Positions 13,601 through 27,550 of a stretch of DNA of 64,000 bases are shown here, one piece after another. The position numbers and the translations under genes are program-made. Under the pieces are notes generated by a model. It had not been told where the DNA came from, made no database searches, and saw nothing but the letters and a program-made list of their open reading frames with translations. This stretch comes from Laetmonice hystrix (lineage: Eukaryota), in the NCBI GenBank assembly GCA_965235115.1, contig OZ249441.1, forward strand, positions 6,200,001 to 6,264,000. The letters are read 5' to 3'. Each line of letters opens with the position of its first letter. Position 1 is the stretch's first letter.

Positions 13601-16478
13601 CCCATCTCTCATTTAGGAAGATCAGATTTGAACCAAATTCTGGTATTCTAATAAACCACATTTTACAGAAATTAAAAAGTGAGGTTTGATCAGTATGGAT
13701 GTAATCCTATTCTCAAATCTGTCGACATTGATTAAAATTACTTTTTTTTTACCCAATCCGTCACAATGCACTCCTGGCAGTGTAGCCAGATCCGAAGAGG
13801 GAGGAGCCCGTCCTGAGATCAAGAACGGAACCATTGTAACGGTACACGCCCTCTACCGGCCGTTACAGGCCTCAGTGTTCCCAGAGCCTCAACCTCAGAA
13901 CATGGTGTGGCCAATTATTGTGTACTTAGCCACAGTAAAAACGAGTCAGTGTGAAAAATAGTGCTGTGTGCACGTCCCCTATGTTGTCCTGCTCTGACGT
14001 AAATGGCGCATTGTAATATTTACCCATGGAGGAAGAGATGTGGGTTTGTTTGCCTGGCCGGACAGTTTTTATGTTTACGTGGCTGGTGTGTTAAGAACGG
14101 GTGGGTAGCCGTCCCAGAGGGGTGCAATGACAGGGTGCTGACCACAGGGTAAATAGGCCTTGGATCTTCACTCGTCTTTTATGATGACATGCACGGTATA
14201 CAAAGGAAACAATGGAGAATCATTTCTGGTTGGGGATCGTCTATTCTTCTATCTGGGTGTATCACCTCTGGGACGGTTGAGAATGCAATCCGTCTATTTC
14301 AATCCAACACTTCCAACAAATATAACCACATCTATTGGCTTCACTCCGTCTATATACTGGGACGGTGTGATGTCATTAAATCTGCTTCATTTACCGCCCA
14401 TTAGTTTGATCATTTTACAAAGATGAAGAATACGGGCGATTTTAATGACATGATGAGAGCAGCATGTCTACGATTAATTCATTATTTGGGACGTCCCTTC
14501 ATGACACACCGTTACCGTGTCACAGGATGAAAACACCCTTCAGAAATCCTGGTGACGTTTCTCATAACTACGACCACTGGTTGTAACGAAGGTCATTCAT
14601 AACGGTGTTAATATATGCCCGAGTGTGGTAATAACCATTCATAACAAACGTGGGAAACTCGCTCTAACTGTCCGCGCATCTCATCTTTTATAATGACGAA
14701 CTTCTTACCTGGAAACCATGGTGATGTAGCGGCCTGTCAGAGCAGACACTCAGGGTCACAGAATTACATTTACCATGACAACCAGCGGGCTGTCGGCACA
14801 TTCTAACAAAACACGCCGTTTTATTGACATTTAGAAGGTCGTTAATTTTTGTCAAGGCTGCCATGTCCTAACTATTTAACAGTGGTGCTGATTTCTTTCT
14901 TGAGAAAGATATCCCGATTGTTACGAGTTTGTCTCCTGTCTATTTACCGCGGCCCTCGTATGGCGACAAACACCTATCAGGTTACAAAGGAATTCAGAGG
15001 TGTGGTTATCAGATGTAACTGGCTTGTTGTTGTTTTCGGATCATATGTAACAGGCGCCCAGCGGTCGTCTGTCATATATGACTTGTTACCCTAGGTAACC
15101 CCCTCTACATGCCTCCCTGCCGTTTCTCTGCCTTCCTCAGGCCATATGTATCCCACTAAGAATGTCATGCTGGGCCTCCAGGGGAATCCAACACTTAGAC
15201 CACCTAACGCTAGACCTACCGATATATGGACATCATCCAAACAGGAAATAACTCTCCTCCGAGCAAACAATTGACGTTTCTATGGGAAGAGTTACTTTTT
15301 TGTTCCCTTCTCCGAATAAAGTCTGGAAGTGTGGAATTGTTTGGTTATATCGGGAAACTTTGTCATCACGTTACGTGAATGCGAGATGTCACGAGATGTT
15401 AGCTCCAGCGGCTGGTGCCCGCCACGTGACCTTGCTCACACATCAAGGGGTGTTTATCTGAAACCTGACAGACATGACCTCCAGCAGGAATTCACTGATC
15501 TTCATCTATCAACACCTTCACGTCACAAACAATCACAAGAAATACATGTGTAGAACCCTGATCAGAACGAAATCATTGGTTAAATAATCATAAACATAAT
15601 CCTCATCTCTTCCTGTTGACAGTGGTTAAAACTAAATTATCTCTATTTGAATCAATTTTAGGGGTACGGTCAGCACTCATCATCATTATTAGGAGATGAT
15701 GTCTGATATTTTCTTGTATAATAATTTTAAAGTTGATTCATTTTCCAACTAAACCATCCCAGCGCCTTCCTGGGACACTGTACCAATCCTCCTCAGTCTA
15801 TTCCACCTACCCGATGTTAATCACCCCCGCCACTGGGATCACCCTCCCAACCCCTGTCTCCGTACCCCCATAACCCCTCTACCAACCCCGTGCCCTCTCC
15901 TGCGAGGGGTAACTGGTAGCCCTCAGGTTAAAGGGGACCTGGGATTGTCAGAGAGTATTTGACAGAAACGGGTATGTGACATGACGAATGTGTCCCCACC
16001 GGTGAATTATCGAACCTGACACAGTTCACTTCTCTTCCCAGAATATTCTTCAACTACCATAACAAGATACGGGTGAGTGACCCCCGAGCCGTCACTGTGA
16101 TGGGGTGGGGAGGGTGGGGTGGGGGTAATCCTACCACCGTGTCGGGGTAAACAATGACCCTCACCGTTACGAATATATCGACGGCAATCGTAGTTAATCC
16201 CTCGGACTCCCGGAGAACGGTTCATATTCTGACCACTGAGGTTGAGAAATCTATTTTTATAAATGTGTGGTGCGACCATTAATTCCCGAAACTACGTCAG
16301 GTTAGACGGGTCTGAACATTTGCGAGCAGTGGATTTGACATGTATAGATTCAAGCTCTAAACTCCAATTTTCTGGAGATTCATCGATCGATATAAGCAAA
16401 CGCACACAAACAAAATCTGTACTAAATATGTGTTTCAGCCTTGTGCAGACTGTTGTGATCACAATTTGTTTGACTCAC

Positions 16479-16563
16479 CGTCGGACAGCCGTCCATGTCA
16501 TGGTTGAGTACTTTGAGAATTAATGTCTTGGGTTGTTCCTTCTCCTTTTCCGCAGAGATTTGT
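16479..16563 (-). CDS. ARHGAP20: ARHGAP20-like exon: QISAEKEKEQPKTLILKVLNHDMDGCPT (PH-RA junction)
   Basis: cttactttcag acceptor, ACG|gtgagt donor, 85 nt (1 + 28 codons). EKEKE.PK matches EKEKDYPKSIPLKI of ARHGAP20. Confidence 0.92.
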
Positions 16564-17434
16564 CTGAAAGTAAGAAAACAGAAATAAACACGTGAATATA
16601 TGTGATGTTTTTGAGAACCACTCATCGCTTACTGCTTTTATATTTACATACGCCTTGCTAACGGACCATTTAGTTATTAATTTTTGAAGGGAGCCCTACA
16701 TATATATTTATTCTATAAACATAAAAGAAAAACGCTGTTCTAAAGCCCTGATATCTAACTAAGACAAGTGCTGTTGTGTTAGGGGTCTTTAGTAGAATCC
16801 CACAGTGTACTTCACGACTATAGTCTTCGACATTACACAATAGGTGGTGCATACATAATGAATTTTCTTTCTATCTTTCCCTTTCCAAACATGGGATTTT
16901 CCTTTCGTTTAAAATGAAAACAAAGCAATTCCCCCTTTTGTCCCGCCGTTAGAGCCTTATTTAGGTAAGAACTTTACAATGCCCCTGATTATAACTCCTT
17001 CTGAATGATGCTTGCTACATCTGGTCACGTGACAGTACCACTGTTTGGCCTTGACCCCCTGAGAGCATGTGTAATGACCTCCCAGTGGGGGGTCTGCCCC
17101 CCATCCCCTCATCTCTACCCCCTCCCCCGCTCATCGCGGAGGGTGGTTACCCTTATAGGGGATTACTACATGTCGGGAAATCTGTCAGAAACACCTTCCT
17201 TCGGCACACCTGGCGTCAAGCGTGGGAACTACCAGGTGGTAGGGGTTAGAGGGTGATGTTCGGGGCTGAGGATAGAGGTAAGTTTTCTGGAGGAGTTGTG
17301 GGGACCGAGGTAAGAGGGTTGGGTTAGGTGCTGGGTCTTGTGATGACTTAAAAACTCTATGCCCCACGGATTAACCCTGAATCTCCATTTCTAGATTATT
17401 TATTTCATTTTAGGATAAATATTTCCAGACTCAC

Positions 17435-17626
17435 TCTTTGAGTTTGGTGAACCAAAGGTCCTTGGTTTCTGTCGTACTGAAGGTAGCAACAACGTTTGAT
17501 GTGGGCCAACCAATCACGAACGACCTCTCAGGGGCGCGCGTCATTTCAGATACGTCATCGAGACACGTGGCCGTCCACATCTCACAGACACGGATACGGT
17601 ACTTCAACTTGAACGTTGTACTCGAT
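17435..17626 (-). CDS. ARHGAP20: ARHGAP20-like exon: SSTTFKLKYRIRVCEMWTATCLDDVSEMTRAPERSFVIGWPTSNVVATFSTTETKDLWFTKLK(E), PH domain
   Basis: ttgttttcag acceptor, GA|gtgagt donor, 192 nt, open. Carries SFVIGWPT..VATFS and the PH C-terminal helix Trp typical of the ARHGAP20 family. Confidence 0.96.
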
Positions 17627-19801
17627 CTGAAAACAAATCAAACCGTTTTAAATCAAAGTCGGGATCAACAAAGGGTTTAGAAATGCTGAGAGAGGAAGTT
17701 ATTGCGGGGTTGACGACCGTTAATATCTGTCACCTTCTGAAGCTCCGACTACAGTCTGCTGACACAGTAAGTGAAGAATCAAACGCTTGTTGTGGGAATA
17801 CAAACTGATCTCTAGATAATCGTTGACATAAAGCTGACATATAAAACAAAATACTCAAGCATGCGCATATCTTACTGATTACAAACCATTATCACATGGG
17901 CTGCCAATCCAGATTATATGCTGGGTGCATGCTGCAGCGCGTGATATGTAAATTTAATCAAATATCACTCCCTTATGTCATCTAGCATCATCAGGCTATC
18001 GTCTGACGCCTGGTACTACAAGCCATCGTTATCATGCAAGGAGATTCATTATAAATAAACAGTATAGAATGGGACGAGGGCTCGAATCAGGTTAACCACA
18101 AAACTTTGTCTTTTCTTGGACAGCATAGGATAATTCTGTCAGAAAGTCCCTGTACTATTATAAATGAGAATATGAATGACAAGTGTTTCTGATGTGAGAA
18201 AAACAGACACAATCCAGGAGAAAAAAGGTTAGGCAACTTTATATGATGAGCGGCCCTGGCGAGGAATGAGACAGACAACTGTTAATGGGATTCAATTTGA
18301 AAGGTTTACGGTAGAACGCGATACGACCTATGTATAAATGTTTGTGGCGATCTTATAAAGGCCAGTACCTCTTCATTTACATTAATTATGGTAATCTCTA
18401 CGACACCCGACAGTCTTTTTCTAATCAACGGCAAAATTATGTGTTATTTTATAAACATGTGTTCAGGCTATCAGTTTCTGTCTTTTCTTTCATATTTCAT
18501 GTTTTTTTAATGCAGCAGTTCTACTCGTATGGCACACATACCGGGCTTAGTTACCGTTGATAGGGTATCTACATTTTGACGTTCAATGACGGGACAGCCT
18601 ACCAATTTCTGACTAAACGAGTCACATAAATTACTTTTTTTGTTCGTTTTATCTTTTATTTGCATGGGGGAAAAACAAGGAAAATGCTGCACCCCACCCA
18701 GAATAACTCAATCTGTCAACGCCCTGGGAACAAACACCCAACTACATAAAAAAGATTTTTCATTTGCCTATAACAATGGAAAGTGATATATAACTTCAGA
18801 TATCTTGGCAACAAGCCGTATCTGATCTGCTAAACAGATGTTTTCTGAAACTACTACTGTTTAATATAGAAACACTTTCAAAGCTTTGTAAACTGCTCAT
18901 ATTACAGAAAATGCCTTAAGTGAGGGGGTTCTCGTAATATACTGGTCAATATGTCCGGATAAGCTGCGTTTTGTGCTGAGCTTGCAGGTCGGTGTGATTA
19001 CATGAGCTACACGCGGCATGATGAGGCCAGGTCGGGTCATCAGCGCACTTTGTGCACTCAGACCACGGCCACGGGCCCCACCGCCTCAGATCAGATTGAC
19101 TGTCAATATTAGAGGTGTCACACTGAATAATGCCACAGAAAAACCACAACTGCTCAGAAAATGTCCCATCTTTGTTGCGCCATTGTGCAGGCACCTATTC
19201 TCCACCTGAGCAAGCTGAGGTGTGTTTCAGAACGCCGCGTCTGTCGTCACGTTTCATGCGTTGTTTGCGCCCACACGCAGTATTGTGCCACACTTGAGCG
19301 ACGCCCGCTGAATCAGTCACGTGACTCAACAACACCGATCCTTATTTACCAATTCTCCAAGTGTTTCTGGTCACAGATCCACACTGGAATGTATGCGACT
19401 TTCCGAAAAGGGACTTGGCCCATTGTGTCGTTCAAACAAAGAGTAATATCAAAGCTATAGACGGTCCGATGGCCGGGGATGCCATAGGGCAGTTTTCAAA
19501 ACGGTCTTAGAAAAAAACCCATTTTAATTCATGCGCCGTATAAGTAAGTTTATAAAGTGTTTCTTTACAGACAAGTGTCGGCAACAATTTTAGGTTGCGT
19601 TGACGTGAATGGGGCCTATTCATGTCTATATTGAATGACCAGATTCCCCACGATTGGACTTTTGAATCGCACGTAGGTAACTTTCTTTCCAATGTCCCCT
19701 TTGGTCCAACTACAGTGAGTGTGGACTAATGAGTTATGAGTTTCACTCGCATTATTTCACATGTCCCCACCACACTCCCTCAGACAGAAACGTCCACTTA
19801 C

Positions 19802-19866
19802 TTCTGTTTGGCTATCAGCAACAGGTCATTGAAGAGGAACAGGTACCGCTCCTGAGTCTGCAGGCC
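19802..19866 (-). CDS. ARHGAP20: ARHGAP20-like exon: GLQTQERYLFLFNDLLLIAKQ(K), PH domain
   Basis: ttttgtttccag acceptor, AA|gtaagt donor, 65 nt. Close match to the GLQRQERHLFLFNDLFVVAK motif of ARHGAP20. Confidence 0.95.
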
Positions 19867-20339
19867 CTGGAAACAAAACAAAATATAATTTTTATCATCA
19901 CAATCTCAGACACCGAGGGAAACTTCACCTGGAGGCGATCAAGACCAGAAGCTGTTCCATTCGAGAAGGAAGAACATCTAGGCCCCTATATAGGGTCTGT
20001 GGGATGGATTGCTAATGCCAGCATTGTAATGTTCCCTCATACACCTGTTCACTGAGATCCGTTTACACTATATGTAAATCTGTCCCATTAGGCTGTACCT
20101 GCTGTCAGACATGATATCATTAGTCACAGACTTTTCATGCAGTCAAAAGGAACCATATATCACTCGGCGATTATATGCTAATATCAGAACCTACGATTCA
20201 TACGAATCCTACTTCTGACCACATGCTAAAACATTGGCGCGTAGCATGAAACGGGGCAAACAGGTGACCTTTTGTGTGATGGGAGCAGTATGAACTAATG
20301 TAGTCTATGACATGTATGCACTGGGTAAACTTCTTGGTT

Positions 20340-20717
20340 CACCACAGTAAATGATCAACTCCCTGCCCAACACCTGCCAACAGACTGAGCATCGTAGTCA
20401 TTATGATGAAATACCTATTATAATGTACTAAGTAATTTAAACTTTTAGGTTCAAGGATCCACCACAGTGAATGATCAACTCCCTGCCCAACACCTGCCAA
20501 GAGACGGAGGATCGTAGTCGTTATGATGAAATATCTATTATAATGCATGAAGTAATTTAAACTTTTAGGTTCAAGGATCCACCACAGTGAATGATCAACT
20601 CCCTGCCCAACACCTGCCAAGATACGGAGGATCGTAGTCATGATGATGAAATATCTATTAATCCACGAAATAATTTAAAGTTTTAAGTTCAAGATGCACC
20701 ACAGTAAATGGTCAACC
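20340..20717. repeat. 120-bp tandem repeat, ~3.1 copies
   Basis: CACCACAGT(A/G)AATGATCAACTCCCTGCCC recurs at 20340, 20460 and 20580, with a partial copy near 20698. Confidence 0.96.
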
Positions 20718-21274
20718 CTCTATAAAGGAGGTATACATTCAGTTATAATAAACGTAGGCCTATCTGTCATAATCATACGACGGTACCAGTGGTGAGCTCG
20801 GCTCTCGTATTCACCACCTGAAATCATCGGAACAGTTCGGATATACTCGTATATCTTCGGGATATTCCCCAGCCTTGCAATGCTTACGTGTACACTATCA
20901 TAAAGAACGTTGAGACGATCTCACCGCCATATATTCAGCCTGCATCATCCAGTGACATAAGCTAGGGGAATCCCTTCCATAAACTGGCCTCGGGGCGTGC
21001 CATACAATCTGTTCTGCGACGTCTGCGACGTCCGAGAACCCGGATGTGGGAAGGGATCGTAACATGTTAAGCAGCTGCTGAACATGTCACAAGACAATCT
21101 TCTTACCCGAAAAACATTTCGGGAGGAATTTCTATAAATGACGCCATTTTTTCGGCGAATGTTTCCATTGGTTTGCGACGCATCAAAGGCAGAATGTCAG
21201 CAAGGCATGATTGCCATTCAGAATGTCTATGGTACTCGACCAAAACATTCCCAGAGTTGATCTGTTAAAGGACC

Positions 21275-21536
21275 ACTCTAGGACATATCACGGACGTTAC
21301 CATTGACGACTAACTCTAGGACACATCACGGACGTTACCATTGACGACTAACTCTAGGACATATCACGGACGTTACCATTGACGACTAACTCTAGGACAT
21401 ATCACGGACGTTACCATTGACGACTAACCCACATATCCCGGACGTTACCATTGACGACTAACTCTAGGACATATCACGGACGTTACCATTGACGACTAAC
21501 TCTAGGACATATCACGGACGTTACCATTGACGACTA
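21275..21536. repeat. 38-bp minisatellite, ~7 copies
   Basis: Unit ACTCTAGGACATATCACGGACGTTACCATTGACGACTA. Confidence 0.96.
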
Positions 21537-22521
21537 TCATGGTGTTCAAAGAGCGTGTTCATGACACCCGATCACGTGATGGCGAGGTGTGGCTGGCTGG
21601 GGTTGGGGTGGGGGTGGGGGTGGGGGTGGGTTGTGTCTGCCAGGTTCAGTGGACCGTCAAGTACCTGTGAAACACTCAGTCACGTGTCAAACCATCCCTT
21701 CACCAGGCGTGCCAACCTGTAGCTACAAAATCTCAGTCACATCACTAACTCATCCATGAGCCATGGATGACAACTGGTCACACTCTATCCATCAATGTGT
21801 GCCCTTGTTCCTTACAGCAGTACAAATCAAACATCAGATTTAACTGTAAGTGGCAATCACCAAAGCCATTTCTCATCTACGATTAACACCACTTCAGTAA
21901 CCAATAATCATTAAACGTATTTATTAAACAAGGAAATAAAAATGTGTTAATCACTTCTGAGGCTAAAGAAGATCGAATAGGGTTAATAAACCTAGTCAAA
22001 TATATCTTCAAAGGGAGATTTTAAAAAACAAACAAATAATTTGATAAATAAATTCCTCTGAGTGCCCCCTGACAAGTCGCCGTACCGGAGCCCCGTAACA
22101 CGCACGGCCAGAGCCAGAGGCGTGTTTCATGTGTCAACATGTGTCACCGTGGCCCATGTGGAGAAATGTAAACATACGCAAGTCACACGCAGCCGACCGT
22201 AATGAGGTTAATTTGTCCCTGTAATAATCACCCTCCCTCCCCAAGTGTGGCTAGGTGACGCAAGGCGACCTGACAGCCACACCTGGCCGACCCTCCCGCA
22301 TCTACCTGTATACACGTAGACCAGTATACCCGCCCCGGCCGGGTCCGAGATGTCAACCTCGCCCGTAGTTCAGGTGGGCACCCTGATGTTATCAACCCAC
22401 CTGTGAGGGTACACCCTACCCCCTCTGATTCTGGTATTACCCTCCCCCTGAAACACCCTGAATCTGACATGATCGACAGGGGTACAATCCCTTCTCCACT
22501 CCCACAAGAAGGAGGCCACCG

Positions 22522-22822
22522 CTCACCCAGAAACTCTGACAGCACCACCGGGGCAGGGATGGACCTCACCCAGACACTCTGACAGCACCACCGGGGCAGG
22601 GATGGACCTCACCTAGAAACTGACAGCACCACCGGGGCAGGGATGGACCTCACCCAGAAACTCTGACAGCACCACCGGGGCAGGGATGGACCTCACCCAG
22701 AAACTCTGACAGCACCACCGGGGCAGGGATGGACCTCACCCAGACACTCTGACAGCACCACCGGGGCAGGGATGGACCTCACCCAGAAACTCTGACAGCA
22801 CCACCGGGGCAGGGATGGACCT
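22522..22822. repeat. 43-bp minisatellite, 7 copies
   Basis: Unit CACCCAGAAACTCTGACAGCACCACCGGGGCAGGGATGGACCT. Confidence 0.96.
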
Positions 22823-25800
22823 TAGCCCGGCGAACTTTACACCAGTACTCGCCAGACAGCTGACTGATGTATACAGCTGTCTACAAAAAAATTAACAATG
22901 GGGTGTAACCTGTTGAGTAGTAGGGTTATGGCAGGGTGGAGTCTGCTGCCTGACGCCCTGAGGATGAGAAGTGGAGGGGGGGGGTAACAACGTCGGGAGG
23001 AGGGGGTGGCCCATCCGGGATCACGGAACCCCCGGCGGTGTGGGGTGGGGTGGTGGGTAAAAAGGGGTGGAGCAAAGGGGATTCAATTTGGATCCTAGAG
23101 CGAGATATCCTGTTGTTCACCCTGTCATTAGGATCCGAGTTGAGTGATCGGGTTCCGACACACAGACAGCCTAACCCACCCACCAAGGTCATCCAAGGAC
23201 ACACACCCGGTGGGGGGGGGGGAGGATTATCAAGGTTTAGATCCGATACCTTCAAACTCAGGTGGGTCCAGGAGTCGACGGAGCCTGATCATTTTTTCTG
23301 GTGAACGCCCTGATTTCTAAAATCTTTAATCCGTGTCTGTATACAATATAATTGTATGTTATACATCCAATTTTACTAACTTCGTGAACATGAAGAGTTG
23401 TCAGGCATCATGACCACAGAATTTTAATTGTCATGGGCGTTTGTTAATTAACTGTAGATTGTTAAATTGACCGGTCTCCTCCTTTAATTCTGAATGACAC
23501 TCTCCTCCTTTAATCCTGAATGACATGGAGCAGCCAGAAAATCTCAAGAGAAAAATTCAATCCCAATGTTTTGGAGTCTCCAGTCTTGACTTGTGTCTCA
23601 CCCCACTTCAAGAACTTCAGTGATTAAGTGTGACAAGTGAGAGGGAAAAGAACTACTTGAAGGTCGTTTCAAGGACCTTTCATGAAGTGCTGGTTGGGGA
23701 CAGAAGGGACGGAGGGAAGGGGAGATTGGAACTAGGAAGAAGAGTGATCCTGTGTGGCGTTCCTGACTCCATCATTTAGTTCACGGAGCACGTCATGCAT
23801 CGGTTACATACTGACGTCAATGTGTAACATCACGTCACGCATGCGTTCCTCTCACTCGCCAACATTCAAACGTCACTCAAGTTTTCTGAAGTAAACTATT
23901 TTAGTCTACTACATCCTTAAATAGCGACCTTCTACACCCACTGATCATTTCGTCCCAGTTAGACAAGGTCAACAGTGTTATACGATGTCAAAGATCAATT
24001 TCGACCTGAGTGACGCCCTTGGGGTTGACATCTTGACGAGTGTGCCGGACATTCTGTCCACAAGGGCACGGTCTACAAATATTTGTCTGTGGGCAAATAC
24101 AATGCGAGCAGTCTGAACTATTTGATGTCCAAACATACGGGAGGGACAGGAACAACAACTGACTGGGATACCAGACTGTTATTTCAACCCTTAAAAAGAC
24201 AAAGACTCATCAAAGCTCGAGAAAGGAATGTACACCAACTTGATAAAATACAGCTATGGGTGCACGGCCTTGAAATATACCCAGATCTCATTCTCATGTT
24301 TTGTTAATGAGATCCCTAACCGAAGTACTGAGCACGCCTAAATCATGATGTTCCTCGTCCGATCTGGAATTTTGACTCTCAGCTCGAGTGCAAAGAAATA
24401 ACTGAGATCTGTGCATGTTTCAGGTCACTTTACCTTAGAATTACGCCTACACTGACACTGCCAATTTTGAGTTCGTCTCTCTCAAGAGGACTTGTAGCCG
24501 ATCTGGTGATGTAAGTATCGGGATTGTGTGGGCGGGTTTAATTATACATCACCCCTTCCCCGTTATAACCAGAGACAGGGTTTCTTTGGCCCGTCCCCAA
24601 AAAGTCGTCCGAGTCTGAGGAGACTGAGGACTCTCAGGTTGACCTATCTCCCTTGAATTGGAGACACCACACCGGGCACCTGCCATAAAGGTTGGGTTTA
24701 AATTAACGTAATCACCTGCCCCAGTTCTCCTGTCCCAATTCCTGCGCTGAGCGTTGTGTTTTAATGGCAAGGATCCCACACTCAACACTAATATCCACTC
24801 AGCCGATCATGGCTGTACGTTTGACCTTCACCTTGGCAGGGAAACAAGAGCAGGGAAGGGTCTGTCACTATTGGCAACACATCCCTGGCCTGTTGTATTC
24901 AGCGCTCCGACAGGTGGATCCCAGCCAAGGGTTAGTCATGGGGTTGGTACCCCTAATGTTTTGTTTACATGCCCCTGATGTCCTCCTGTTTCGGAATTTC
25001 CCTCCTAACCCATCCTTGCAAGATGAACTCTGCTCTATTCTGAATCACTCAATGGTTGCTCACGAGGACGTAGGTTTGCATATCTGACAGCTTTCCCCCT
25101 GTGACTGCCTTCTCCTCTCCAATTCCATTCTTGTCTTTGTGTTTTTACAGCTACACTTATGCTATCACTAATTTCTTCATTATCTTTGACATTCCTCCAT
25201 GGGAAGTGCGCCATAAATATGAAGACCATTTCAAAGTTTGCGGAGGTCATGTACATTCTTAGGATGTTTGATTAAATAAAGTGTAAATTATCCTTTACAC
25301 ACAGCGCAATTCCTAGCTCCCTCTGCATGATCACGACTATAACAATACTCTATAATTCGGGCGATTTTTTCCTGGAATACTCACACAGTCAATTGTATGG
25401 ACTCGATGAAAGCATGCCCAGGGAGGAACAATCAAAACGAGGCTATTGCATGTACCGGTCAAATTATCAAATACCATTGATGTTCAGAGCGGTCCGATAG
25501 CAGACTGTAAACATGCTGTTATTTCCCCTTTTTTCAACCAATCAAAGGCGATAAATTAAATTCAATTACCAGCGTATAAAACTAATGTTTACGGGACTAG
25601 CCGGGAGAGCCTGACATTGTTCGCGGCATGCCTTGTTCACTGCGTCATTACCAACTTGTCCGAACTTTTAATAAAAAATTATTATTCTTTGTTTTTAATC
25701 AATATAGGACGCTTATGTTAGGTACAGCCCTATGGTGAAACCTGGCGGTTACAACTGAACATTTGTCACAATGGTCTGGTTGTCTCTCCCATGGCGAACA

Positions 25801-26493
25801 AAACCGTAAAAAATGTCTTTCTAAATCATTTTAATATAACATGTCAGTGGGTTACACCTATTCTGTTCAGAATTTATAAACAATGACAGTCTGTCAGTTT
25901 CTGGATGACACTACCGACAATGTCCTTGACGTGAGAATTAGTTTTCCGTTAAAACCATCAAATCTCACAAAAGTGACACTAAAACTGTTTGTTAATACCG
26001 GGTAGATGTAAAATAATGGGCGTCTCATTAAAAAACCTGCCATCCGGCGCCCGAACCATCATGTGGTGACGATCTAATATCACCCAGTACCGGCCACCGT
26101 CAGTGGTGACAAACTTATTTATACACTCTCCGAGCTGGTCGGCTACTGTACGCTTGGGCCACCGCCCAGTCTGCTGGGAGGGCAGTCCCCACAGAACTGA
26201 CCAAGGACCGTATAATACAGCACACTGGTTTGGTGGATAACCATTTTGCTTCATAATAAGCGAACTGTTGGCATATCTGAGTCCATAGTCACTCCTTAAG
26301 TATTTATAACCAATACCTTAATTTCTTTATTTCATTTTGTTTAATTTTCAGACCCGGTACAATTAATCAAATACTGACTTTCAAGACGGAGCGGGAAAGC
26401 GTACGTGAAGAACTGTTAGCTATCGACCGAGTGTGCCTGCTGACGCTATATGACGCCTGTAACGCGGTACTAAAGTATCAATGACGCCTGTAA

Positions 26494-27393
26494 AGCCCCC
26501 TTCACACTTTCCCGGATCGCGCGCCGGGTCTTGCCGGATCGGGGCTACGGGCGCATCCGGCATGATCCGTGGTCCGATCCGGCGTGATCCGGGATGTTCC
26601 GTAGCTACCCGTGGCAACCCGTACCGATTCGTAGAGGTCTTTCGATCCGTGGAAAAGTTTTGAACATGTTCAAAACTTTTTCGATTTCGACCACGGATAA
26701 AATCGCCGTAGGGGATCCGTAGCAACCCGTAGATGACCCGTAGTAATCCGTAGACGATACGTAGCAACCCTTAGTGGACACTTAGCGTTTCCCTAGTAAG
26801 CCGTGATCACGTGATCGGTGATGGATCCACTACGTGTTATTAGGTATCCTTCCTGGGTTGGTACGTATAGGTAAGTATTGGTAGGTATAGGAACGGATCA
26901 CACAAAGTATTGGTACGTATCCACTACGGGTTGATACGGTGTGCTACGGTGGTACCCTACGTATTGTGACGGGTTGTTATGGCTTGCTACGGGTTGCTTC
27001 AAATCAAGGTGGCCAACGCGTGTGTCATGTGGTGACGCTCGCCTATATATTGGCGAGCACCCCAACCTGTTCAATCCGTAATAACCCGTCGGAGATACGT
27101 AACAGCCCGTAGTAATCCGTAGTGGAACCGCATCAACCCGTAAGAGAGCCGTAGTGAGCCATAGTAAGCCGTACCTATACGGAGTAGCCCCGGGAAGCTA
27201 TCCGTAACAATCCTTCTCAACCCGTAACAATGTCGTAGTAACCCGTACTGGAGCCGTGTCAACCCGTATCAACCCGTTCTGGATACGGAGTTTCACGCAT
27301 CGTCGCCTTTCCAGGTCACGGAAGCTGCCGGATCGTCTTGCGCTACGGATCATTCCAAACCGTCGCTTGATCCGGGAAAGTGTGACAGGGGCT
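26494..27393. mobile_element. PIF/Harbinger-type non-autonomous element (MITE), 900 bp
   Basis: 25-bp TIRs AGCCCCCTTCACACTTTCCCGGATC and AGCCCCTGTCACACTTTCCCGGATC (2 mismatches). TAA duplicated on both sides (26491-93, 27394-96). Interior rich in CCGTA/TACGG motifs; no transposase ORF. Confidence 0.88.
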
Positions 27394-27426
27394 TAACACG
27401 GTAATAAAGTAACAAAGGGTACTTAC

Positions 27427-27550
27427 AGCGGTAAGCTGGGCCGGACCCTCGAGGACATAGACGCGGCTGACGCTGGTGGCGCCACCTCGACTACCGTTAG
27501 AGTTGGCGAGGTCAGGAAGAACGGAGGAGACGCCGTGCGAGCCACCCGAA
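27427..27550 (-). CDS. ARHGAP20: ARHGAP20-like exon: SGGSHGVSSVLPDLANSNGSRGGATSVSRVYVLEGPAQLTA (start of PH domain)
   Basis: gtgttttcag acceptor, GCT|gtaagt donor, 124 nt (1 + 41 codons). RVYVLEGPAQL corresponds to the first PH strand (RTLLIDGRAEL in human, from memory). Confidence 0.9.

Noticed and set aside
25151-25245. Plus-strand exon-like segment after a strong acceptor (YTYAITNFFIIFDIPPWEVRHKYEDHFKVCG)
   Set aside because: Weak donor (GTCATG), no partner exons and no recognised homology.
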